The notes beneath the pieces were generated by a model. That model was given only the letters and a program-made list of their open reading frames with translations. It did not search any database and was not told the origin of the DNA. This document shows, in pieces, positions 1 through 7,347 of a DNA stretch of 64,000 nucleotides (position 1 is the stretch's first letter; each line of letters opens with the position of its first letter). Both the position numbers and the translations under genes were made by a program. Source of the stretch: Dehalococcoidia bacterium (GTDB lineage Bacteria; Chloroflexota; Dehalococcoidia; Lucifugimonadales; UBA2985); contig OZ244924.1 in NCBI GenBank assembly GCA_965221925.1, positions 68,199 to 132,198 of the forward strand. The letters are read 5' to 3'.

Positions 1-194
1 CCAACGAGCGCCACGTGAAGGAGCTGCTGGGCGAAGAGTACCTGGGCCTGGTGGGACAGTTCGCCGATGAGATAGACCGAGTCCACGAGGGGCTGACCGG
101 CGCTATCTGGGCCGGCATAAACAGGAACACCGCCACTGAGCACATCCTCCACTACGTTGAAGAGGCCTCCCACCTCCGCTGCTTCCTGGGCTAG
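1..194 (+). CDS. C-terminal fragment of a hypothetical protein (5' end outside the window)
   Basis: Frame 3 is open from the window edge to TAG at 192-194 (...EHILHYVEEASHLRCFLG*). No family recognised. Confidence 0.5.
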   Translation, partial: NERHVKELLGEEYLGLVGQFADEIDRVHEGLTGAIWAGINRNTATEHILHYVEEASHLRCFLG

Positions 195-374
195 CAGGCC
201 CCCGGCTCCCCCACCCACGGACTAGGAGTCTGTCCGAGAAACAATGTTCTAAACTATATGCGTCATTAGTGGAGTGTAAAAACGCTAATTACTCCACGGC
301 AAAGTCCAGATTGCTGTAAACAGGTTATTGCGTGGCGGGTTTCGTCTCCCGGAACGAATCCTCGGACAGGCTCC

Positions 375-735
375 TAGGCACGGGGAGGGCTTTCGCCTTC
401 CCCCGCTCACGCCCTTCGACAAGCTCTGGGTGAGCGGGGGTATCCCTTACCGCTCATAGCCTGCCCCGCACCAAGTACGGGGGTGAGTGGAAAGAAGGTT
501 CCCGCTCATGGTGAGCCGAGCTCCCTCGCCCGTTCGTGGTGAGCCGAGCTCCCTTGCCCGTTCGTGGTGAGCCGAGCTCCCTTGCCCGTTCATGGTGTGC
601 CGAGCTCCCTCGCCCGTTCGTGGTGAGCCGAGCTCCCTCGCCCGTTCGTGGTGAGCCGAGCTCCCCCTGCCCGTTCGTGGTGAGCCGAGCTCCCTTGCCC
701 GTTCGTGGTGAGCCTGTCGAACCATGTGGGCCGGC
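375..735. repeat. REP-like mosaic repeat cluster
   Basis: Contains palindromic modules (cgcccttcgacaagctctgggtgagcggg, the hairpin ccccgcaccaagtacggggg, gtgagcctgtcgaaccat). These are homologous to clusters at 4955, 9387, 18863, 35640, 37790, 48290 and 57825. The ORFs at 447-778 are translation artefacts. Confidence 0.8.
505..716. repeat. 28-bp tandem direct repeat, about 7.5 units, no spacers
   Basis: The unit GGTGAGCCGAGCTCCCTYGCCCGTTCGT starts at 510, 538, 566, 594, 622, 650, 679 and 707 (the last is partial). One unit is 29 bp. Confidence 0.9.
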
Positions 736-818
736 AGCGGTTCTCGGACACGCTGCTAGAGGACATAGGCATCATTGAGTAAACTGACTACAATAGAATC
801 GACAGGAGTCCAATTTTG

Positions 819-843
819 GGTTCTGTTGAATTTCCTGGGTAAT
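819..843. repeat. Left inverted repeat of cassette 1
   Basis: GGTTCTGTTGAATTTCCTGGGTAAT matches the reverse complement of 1506-1531 at 23 of 25 positions. It is related to 56771-56794. Confidence 0.8.
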
Positions 844-878
844 TCCGGCTAGACAACTACACAGAGGAGGAAAAGAAC

Positions 879-1502
879 ATGGCTCAACCTAGCTGGCTAC
901 ATGAGAAGACGGTGGCGATGATAGCGGAGGCGTGTCGCGGGGGCTACCGGCAAGGGCGAGAGTGGACCTGGGTTAGAGAAAGAGAGACCCGTGTGCGGTT
1001 GCAACCAGGAAGCGACAAACTGTCAGACGACCTTATGGAAGGAGTCAAGAGGGTGAAGGTCACTGATGAATGGGATAGCGTGGGTGGAATAAGGCCAGAC
1101 CTTATCCTCTACGACGCGGACGACAAGCCAAAGAGGGTTGTCGAGGTGGTCGTAACTTCTCCCCCTGACGACAACAAGAGGCGAAAATTTGCGACGTTGC
1201 AGTCTAGGGGAGTGGACGTCGTAGAGGTTACCGTGAAATCCAAAACGGACCTGCTCGATCTATTCCCTCCACTAAACCCTCCATCGTTTCCGATAGACTG
1301 GCCTAGTCACATCAACCGCTTCCGCCTTGAATACCAGGAACAGCGTCAGGCGTCGAACTTTCTTGACGAGTTGACCGTTTCGCTCATAAAGGCGACACCG
1401 AGCGCGCGACGCCGGTTTTTCCATGTGTTAGGGCTGGCTGACGGGGTAGATGCTCTCTACCCCACGCCCTCGGTAGAATCTAAGGGTACAGGGGAGGCGT
1501 AA
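879..1502 (+). CDS. Hypothetical protein with a CoiA-like PD-(D/E)xK nuclease-fold core
   Basis: SD GGAGG lies 8 nt before ATG 879. The motifs RPDLILYD...VVEVVVTS...RGVDVVEV resemble the CoiA-type restriction-endonuclease fold. The function is inferred only. Confidence 0.7.
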   Translation: MAQPSWLHEKTVAMIAEACRGGYRQGREWTWVRERETRVRLQPGSDKLSDDLMEGVKRVKVTDEWDSVGGIRPDLILYDADDKPKRVVEVVVTSPPDDNKRRKFATLQSRGVDVVEVTVKSKTDLLDLFPPLNPPSFPIDWPSHINRFRLEYQEQRQASNFLDELTVSLIKATPSARRRFFHVLGLADGVDALYPTPSVESKGTGEA

Positions 1503-1505
1503 GAA

Positions 1506-1531
1506 GACTACCCAGGAAATGCAACAGAACC
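1506..1531. repeat. Right inverted repeat of cassette 1
   Basis: GACTACCCAGGAAATGCAACAGAACC is 26/26 identical to 57774-57799. Confidence 0.85.
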
Positions 1532-1590
1532 AACCCATCCTTTACTCCCCGAATATGGAGTGATAAAGAGATACGGGGCCAAGGCGCAAG

Positions 1591-2454
1591 ATGTCAGAAA
1601 CTAGCAATCCATACACTCCCAAATTGGCGGAGTGGGCGCTCATAGCGGTTGCGGCGGTGGGCATGACCGTGGGCATCTCCGGGCTGGCGTCCATCGGTCA
1701 AGGGCGGGAGACAAGCCCGGAGGAATTTCTCCCGGAAGCTCACGCCCAATCAGACAAGCTGCGCTACATCCACTCTACCTCGACGGGCGCTGTCACCATG
1801 CTCAACGGGGACGTCCATCGCCGGTTCGGCGAAACCTCCAGCGTCTACACCGGCGACCTGCGGTCGCGCATGTGGTACGAGGACTGTACCTACCCCTACC
1901 TAGAGGGTATCCGCCTCTGCAGCATAGAGACTGTGGTATACGACGGGGTCAGGTATCAGAAGATAGATACCTCTGAGGGCCCTGGGGAGTGGGAGGTGAT
2001 GGGCAAGGACCCGCCCTCCCCTTATTCCTACCCCACAGGGGAGCCCTACGACCCAGAGGAGCTCCTCAAGTGGCTGGCGCCGCTCCATAACCTGGTGGAG
2101 TTGGAGCCTGACACCGTGGACGGGACTACGTATAGACGCTTCCGGGGCGTTTCGCGCCCGGGCGAGGAGCGGCTAAAGCTGCTGGATTCGGGTGAGTGGG
2201 AACCGGAGAGTATAGAAGGTCTCTCACGGGAGGAGCAAATCAGCGCGCTTCAGACAATGATGGAGACTGAGATGTTTACGGACGAATTCTGGGTGCGAGA
2301 GGACAGCAGCAGGATATGGAGAATGCGCTTGGTGTGGGAGAAGTCCGGCCATGAGGAGTTCGAGTCCGTTGGCGCGCTTCTACCCCAACGGCGTTCCACC
2401 GTCGTCGAGTACTCCCGCTACAACGAGCCTGTGGAGATACGGCCGCCCTACTAG
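1591..2454 (+). CDS. Membrane-anchored hypothetical protein
   Basis: Starts at ATG 1591. It has an N-terminal TM helix (WALIAVAAVGMTVGISGLASIG) followed by an acidic soluble domain of about 250 aa. No family recognised. Confidence 0.7.
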   Translation: MSETSNPYTPKLAEWALIAVAAVGMTVGISGLASIGQGRETSPEEFLPEAHAQSDKLRYIHSTSTGAVTMLNGDVHRRFGETSSVYTGDLRSRMWYEDCTYPYLEGIRLCSIETVVYDGVRYQKIDTSEGPGEWEVMGKDPPSPYSYPTGEPYDPEELLKWLAPLHNLVELEPDTVDGTTYRRFRGVSRPGEERLKLLDSGEWEPESIEGLSREEQISALQTMMETEMFTDEFWVREDSSRIWRMRLVWEKSGHEEFESVGALLPQRRSTVVEYSRYNEPVEIRPPY

Positions 2455-2565
2455 CGGCCTAGCGACCCTCCCCCTGGCCGGTTAACCGCCCCTTACGCGA
2501 AGGTTGGATTGCGCTATGCCGGTTTGTGGGCGTGGATAAAGTACATCCGTCAAGCTTGGTCGCTA

Positions 2566-2594
2566 TTGACTAGTGATACTGTGGTTATTATAAT
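2566..2594 (+). promoter_or_regulatory. Consensus sigma70-type promoter
   Basis: TTGACT (2566-2571), a 17-nt spacer, then TATAAT (2589-2594). It lies about 170 nt upstream of the STAS gene. Confidence 0.55.
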
Positions 2595-2761
2595 CTTGGG
2601 GAGTGAGGGTCAAACGTATCGGGCAACGCCGTTTTTTAGGAAGAGCGCCGAGTGACCGCTACCGCGTGGTCGGCTAACCGTGTGGTATCAAATGCTGTCA
2701 GGCACGGGGGTTGCCGATAGCGGATAAGCAGGGTACGCGGGTCAGTCACACATAAGGAGAC

Positions 2762-3160
2762 ATGCCGATGCAACCAACCGGAGAAGCAAACACCACCTGG
2801 GTAGTTACCGATACAAAGAATTTGACGGTGCGGGGTGAGCAGATAGACCAGGTCCTCATCGCAAAAGCCGGGGGCCGTGTTGACGGGACCAATGCGCGTG
2901 ATTTCCAGGACGCGCTGGAAACCCTCCTGCGCGAGGATGTCGCAGGCGTGGTCTTGAACTTGGAGGATCTCTCCTACATCAGCAGCGCCGGCCTCAGGGT
3001 CATATTGCTTATCTCCAAGCAGTTGCAGGGCAAATCGGCCAAGTTCGGAGTGTGCTCGCTCTCAAGCTCCATCAGTGAAGTGTTCCAGATCAGCGGCTTC
3101 GACAAGATCATCCCAACTCACGCTGCCCAGGCTGACGCCATTTCCGCGTTTAGCCGCTAG
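2762..3160 (+). CDS. STAS-domain anti-sigma-factor antagonist (RsbV/SpoIIAA-like)
   Basis: Carries the STAS signature LEDLSYISSAGLRVILLISK with a phosphorylatable Ser. SD AAGGAG is present. ATG 2768 is an alternative start with better spacing. Confidence 0.88.
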   Translation: MPMQPTGEANTTWVVTDTKNLTVRGEQIDQVLIAKAGGRVDGTNARDFQDALETLLREDVAGVVLNLEDLSYISSAGLRVILLISKQLQGKSAKFGVCSLSSSISEVFQISGFDKIIPTHAAQADAISAFSR

Positions 3161-3288
3161 CTGAGCTTCTTCTGCGCGACGGCGTTATGATGTGCCGGGG
3201 GTGATTTCAGCCCCGGACACAGTTGAGCTTTCCATGAGGCTGAGCCGGATGCGGGGCTGTGGCCTTTTATACCAGACAAGACAAAGAG

Positions 3289-4455
3289 ATGCAGCAAACC
3301 TACAAGATACTGGTGGTAGACGACGAACCTGACGTGGAGCCGCTGGTGTTGCAGCGCATGAGGCGCCAGATCCGGGCCGGGAAGTACGAGTTCGTCTTTG
3401 CGCAGAACGGCATAGAGGCCCTGGATAAGCTGAAGGTCGATCGCGGGATCGACATGGTCCTCTCCGACATAAATATGCCCCAGATGGACGGCCTCACGCT
3501 GCTCGAACAGATAAGCAAGCTGGACCCGGAGTTGCGCGCGGTGATCATATCCGCTTACGGAGACATGAAGAACATACGCACCGCTATGAACCGCGGCGCA
3601 TTTGACTTCGTAACCAAGCCAATCGACTTCGAGGACCTTGCGGTCACAATCGAGCGGACGCTGGCTCACGTAGCCCAGTGGCGCGAGGCGCTCATCTCTA
3701 GGGACAAGCTGGTGTCCCTGCAGAACGAGTTGAACCTGGCTAGCGACATGCAGCAGTCTATCCTCCCCGTACGTTTCCCCTCAAGCTCCACCTACCAGGT
3801 CTTCGCCAGCATGGAGCCGGCGCGCAACGTGGGGGGCGACTTCTTTGACGTTATACGCCTGGAGAACGACTGCATTGGCCTGGCTATTGCGGACGTTTCC
3901 GGCAAAGGGGTGCCCGCTGCCATGTTCATGATGTCCGCCCGTACCCTGTTGAAGGGCGCGGCCATCGGCAACTCCGACCCGGGCGCCGTGATGCGCGAGG
4001 TCAACAACCTGCTCACCGAGGACAACGAGGCCTCCATGTTCGTCACCGTCCTGTACGCCGTGTATGACCCGTCAAACGGCTCCGTTACCTTCGCCAATGG
4101 CGGGCACAACTCTCCCCTCCTCGTACGCGCCGACGGGACATCGTCCCTGCTCCCGCTAACCGGAGGCATAGCGCTGGGCATGTTGCCAGGCATAGAGTAC
4201 AACCAGGGCGCCGTCACCCTCGCTTCCGGCGAAACCCTGGTCCTGTACACAGACGGAGTCACAGAAGCAATGAACAGCGAGAACGAGGAGTTCGGAAACG
4301 ACCGCCTGTTGCAAATCTTCTCTTCGGGAGCGCCACGCAACTCTGAGGAGGCCTGCCAGACGGTCTTCAGTACCGTGAGGGAATTCGTCGCCGACACTCC
4401 GCAGTCCGACGACATCACCTGCCTGACCATCTGCCGCGGAGAGTTTGGATCTTGA
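3289..4455 (+). CDS. Response-regulator receiver fused to a PP2C/SpoIIE phosphatase (RsbY/RsbU-like)
   Basis: Receiver motifs KILVVDDEPD...MVLSDINMPQMDG...TKP. PP2C motifs GGDFFDV, ADVSGKGVPAA, TDGVTEA, DDITCL. GTG 3259 is an alternative start. Confidence 0.9.
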   Translation: MQQTYKILVVDDEPDVEPLVLQRMRRQIRAGKYEFVFAQNGIEALDKLKVDRGIDMVLSDINMPQMDGLTLLEQISKLDPELRAVIISAYGDMKNIRTAMNRGAFDFVTKPIDFEDLAVTIERTLAHVAQWREALISRDKLVSLQNELNLASDMQQSILPVRFPSSSTYQVFASMEPARNVGGDFFDVIRLENDCIGLAIADVSGKGVPAAMFMMSARTLLKGAAIGNSDPGAVMREVNNLLTEDNEASMFVTVLYAVYDPSNGSVTFANGGHNSPLLVRADGTSSLLPLTGGIALGMLPGIEYNQGAVTLASGETLVLYTDGVTEAMNSENEEFGNDRLLQIFSSGAPRNSEEACQTVFSTVREFVADTPQSDDITCLTICRGEFGS

Positions 4456-4868
4456 GCGAAACGCTATCCCTAACCGTGAAGAACAGTTACGACGAGCTGG
4501 ACTACATCGTCAGCGCGTTGGAGGACATGGCTGAGAGGGAGAAGTGGCCCCCTGAGTTGGTCTATCGCGTGAACTTGGTGGTTGAAGAGGTGGTTCTCAA
4601 CGTAATGGACTACGGATACGACGCGGGCATTCACGATATCGAAATTAACCTAGCCTCTGAAGAGGACTCCCTCACCATTGAGATAGTAGACAGCGGCAAG
4701 CCGTTTGACCCGCTAACAGAGGCTCCCGAGCCGGACCTGGAGGCGTCCATCGAAGACCGCCGGGTAGGTGGCCTCGGCGTCTATCTGGTGCGGACCATGA
4801 TGGACCAGATGCACTACAAGCGTGAGAACGAGAAGAACCACCTTACCATAGTGGCCCGAAGGGGCTAG
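4452..4868 (+). CDS. RsbW/SpoIIAB-like anti-sigma serine kinase (HATPase_c)
   Basis: N-box EEVVLNVMDYG, G1 VDSGKPFD, G2 GGLGVYLV. The TTG start overlaps the upstream stop (TTGA). Confidence 0.85.
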   Translation: MSETLSLTVKNSYDELDYIVSALEDMAEREKWPPELVYRVNLVVEEVVLNVMDYGYDAGIHDIEINLASEEDSLTIEIVDSGKPFDPLTEAPEPDLEASIEDRRVGGLGVYLVRTMMDQMHYKRENEKNHLTIVARRG

Positions 4869-4954
4869 AAGCAAGCGCTCATTCCTTCGCTCCCGCCTGC
4901 CTCAAAACGCTTCGGCAATTCCCGCGACCGGGGTCCCCTCCCAGGGCTTGGCAG

Positions 4955-5207
4955 CCCGGCTTTAGGTATTCTCAACGTGTGTTGGTAATTGTCAACGCCG
5001 GCTGGAGTGCCACGCCATTCCTGCGGAAGCAGGAATCTATCCTTGGGGCGCGGGGGGTGAGCGGAATGCCCCTCCCGCTTGTGGTGAGCCCGTCGAGCCA
5101 TATGAGCGGGTAGATTCCGGGCATAGCTGACATCACTCATGTACTTCGACAAGCTCAGTACGAGCGGTGTCGTGCGCCATTGCCAGCGCCTGTAGAGAAT
5201 CCCGGCT
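4955..5207. repeat. REP-like mosaic repeat cluster
   Basis: Contains the ggtattctcaac..tggtaat module, cgccattcctgcggaagcaggaatc, gagccatatgagcgggtagat..gcatagctgaca and cttcgacaagctcagtacgagcgg. It closely matches 48290-48465. Confidence 0.8.
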
Positions 5208-6110
5208 TTACATGCCTCGCAGCCGCGGATCCAGCACGTCCCGCAGGGCATCGCCAAAGAGGTTGAACCCGTAAACGGCAAGCGATATGGCCACCCCCGG
5301 CCAGATTGCCATCCAGGGGTTCTCTATGAAGAACTCCCTGCCTCTTGTGGAAAGCATACCCCCCCACGTGGGCACTGTGGGCGGCACGCCCATGCCCAGG
5401 AAGCTCAGAGACGCCTCCGAGATGATGGCCGTGCCCAAGGCCGCAGATGCGATGATAAGCCAGGGGGCCATGCACTGCGGAAGAATATGGTACATCATGA
5501 TACGTACGTCGCTTGCGCCAATGGACCGCGCCGCCAGGGCAAACTCCGACTCCTTCACAGACAGGGCCTGGGATCTCACCACGCGGTTGGCCCTGGGTAT
5601 CTGCACTATTCCAATTGCCAGGACTACGTTGTTGAGGGACTGGCCCAGGGCAGCCATTATGGCAAGAGCCAGGATCAGCGTTGGGATGGACATGAGAGCA
5701 TCCATGAGCCTCTGGATAGTCATGTCCACCTTCCCGCCGTAGTACGCGCTGAACAGCCCAATCGCTCCCCCGCTGCAAGAGCCCATGACCACGGCCAGGA
5801 AGCCTACGTAGAGCGATACCCTGGCCCCCCTTACTATCATTGCCCACATGTCCTGGCCCAAGTCGTTGGTGCCAAGCCAGTATTCGGGGGAAGGGCCCGA
5901 CATGGCATCGCTCAGGTGCCACTTGTTGGGGTCGCCGGAGATCCAGGGCGCGGCCACGGCCATGAACACCATCAACAGGATTAAGAACGCTCCAAAGGCC
6001 CCCAAGGGCTTCCGGACTGTGAAGCTGACCGTTCCCTTCAGTAGACGAGACGGCAGCGGCGCACGCTCCCGGCGCTCTATTGATTCTGCTCCCTCTTGAT
6101 GCATTGCCAT
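5208..6110 (-). CDS. ABC peptide/nickel importer permease (DppC/OppC-like)
   Basis: Has the BPD-transporter membrane domain and the typical C-terminus FGDALRDVLDPRLR. SD AGGAGG precedes ATG 6110. The ORF track extends to TTG 6128. Confidence 0.9.
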   Translation of the reverse strand: MAMHQEGAESIERRERAPLPSRLLKGTVSFTVRKPLGAFGAFLILLMVFMAVAAPWISGDPNKWHLSDAMSGPSPEYWLGTNDLGQDMWAMIVRGARVSLYVGFLAVVMGSCSGGAIGLFSAYYGGKVDMTIQRLMDALMSIPTLILALAIMAALGQSLNNVVLAIGIVQIPRANRVVRSQALSVKESEFALAARSIGASDVRIMMYHILPQCMAPWLIIASAALGTAIISEASLSFLGMGVPPTVPTWGGMLSTRGREFFIENPWMAIWPGVAISLAVYGFNLFGDALRDVLDPRLRGM

Positions 6111-6158
6111 TACGCCTCCTAGACGCAACCTCTCTGAGGCAGCTATGCCGTTGCCCGC

Positions 6159-7112
6159 CTAATCGTACCGAATCCTCGGATCCAGCCAGCCGTACGTGAG
6201 GTCAACCACCAGATTGGCCGCCACAATCCATATCGAGAGGAACAACACCACGGTTTGCACCACAGTGTAGTCCCAGTTCTGAAGGCTCTGCACAAGGTAC
6301 CTAGACAGCCCCGGAAGCTGGAATATGGTCTCGATGATAACGGTCCCACCCAAGATCAAGGCAACCGTGATGCCCACAATGGTGACCACAGGCAGCAGGG
6401 CGTTCTTCAGGGCATGACGGTATACGACCACGAAGTACCTCAGCCCCTTGGCATGGGCGGTCCTAATGTAGTCCTGGCGCAAGACCTCCAGCATGGTGGA
6501 TCGCATCATCCTGGCCTGGGTCGCCTGAGTTACCCATGCGGAGGCCAGGGCGGGCCAGAAGAACATGATGAAGTTTCCACGGGGGTCTTCCAAGGGGGAC
6601 ACGAACTCCAGACGCGGGCTCCAGTTGAAGAAGAAGGCGCCCCCAAGGACTATCATGGTAGCCGTCCAGAAGTTGGGGATGGACAGGCCGGCCAAGGAGA
6701 ACACCCGGAGAGCATAGTCTATCCAGGTGTCCCGCTTGAGGGCCATAATCGACCCTATGGGTATCCCCATAAAGATGGATATAAGCAGCGTCATCACCGA
6801 AAGCTCAAGTGTTATGGGCAGCTTCTTCTTGATCTGGGGCCATATTTCTGTATTGTTGCGGAGGGACTCCCCCCACTGCAAGGTCAAAAAGTCCCGCATG
6901 AAGGTCAGGTACTGTATGGGCAGCGGCTGGTTCAAGCCCAGCTGCTCACGAAGCGCCTCTCGCACCTCGTCGGAGTAGACCTCGCCCTCCCCACCCAGAA
7001 TAGCGTCCACCACGTCCCCCGGGGCTATGCGCAGGAGAGCAAAGACCAAGAGCGACACCAGAAGCGCAGTAAGTACTCCGAGTATGAGCCTCCGAAGGAT
7101 ATACTCAGCCAT
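6159..7112 (-). CDS. ABC peptide/nickel importer permease (DppB/OppB-like)
   Basis: Starts MAEYILRRLILGV..., contains APGDVV, and ends YGWLDPRIRYD. SD AGGAGG is present. Confidence 0.92.
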   Translation of the reverse strand: MAEYILRRLILGVLTALLVSLLVFALLRIAPGDVVDAILGGEGEVYSDEVREALREQLGLNQPLPIQYLTFMRDFLTLQWGESLRNNTEIWPQIKKKLPITLELSVMTLLISIFMGIPIGSIMALKRDTWIDYALRVFSLAGLSIPNFWTATMIVLGGAFFFNWSPRLEFVSPLEDPRGNFIMFFWPALASAWVTQATQARMMRSTMLEVLRQDYIRTAHAKGLRYFVVVYRHALKNALLPVVTIVGITVALILGGTVIIETIFQLPGLSRYLVQSLQNWDYTVVQTVVLFLSIWIVAANLVVDLTYGWLDPRIRYD

Positions 7113-7347
7113 GCTGCCTCCTATCGCCTGAGGTGTTCGGGCAACGTCCTGCTGCGAGCGTCAGTGTGCGGTTCCGGCCCCAACCATGCCATGCCCAAGA
7201 GCGCCTCAACCCTCCCCCAGAGAACCAGGAGGCCTCCCCTGTCCATACGATTGTGTAAGCCGGTTCTGGGGGTGGATTCCACTCCAGAACCGGCTGTCGC
7301 GATCTCTCACACTCCGCAGGCGCCGGTTCGCATTTATGCTTGCACGG

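Noticed and set aside
505-716. Possible CRISPR array (regular 28-bp repeats)
   Set aside because: The repeats are directly adjacent with no spacers, no cas genes are nearby, and the unit is a fragment of the dispersed REP element.
447-778. Three overlapping ORFs (92, 80 and 61 aa) with HHERA/PVRGEPSS peptides
   Set aside because: They are translations of the tandem and REP repeats on both strands. They have no RBS and periodic low-complexity sequence.
819-1531. Integron attC sites or a sigma54 promoter as an explanation for the 26-bp motif
   Set aside because: The motif lacks the RYYYAAC/GTTRRRY attC cores and the TGGCAC-N5-TTGC spacing. No integron integrase gene is in the window.
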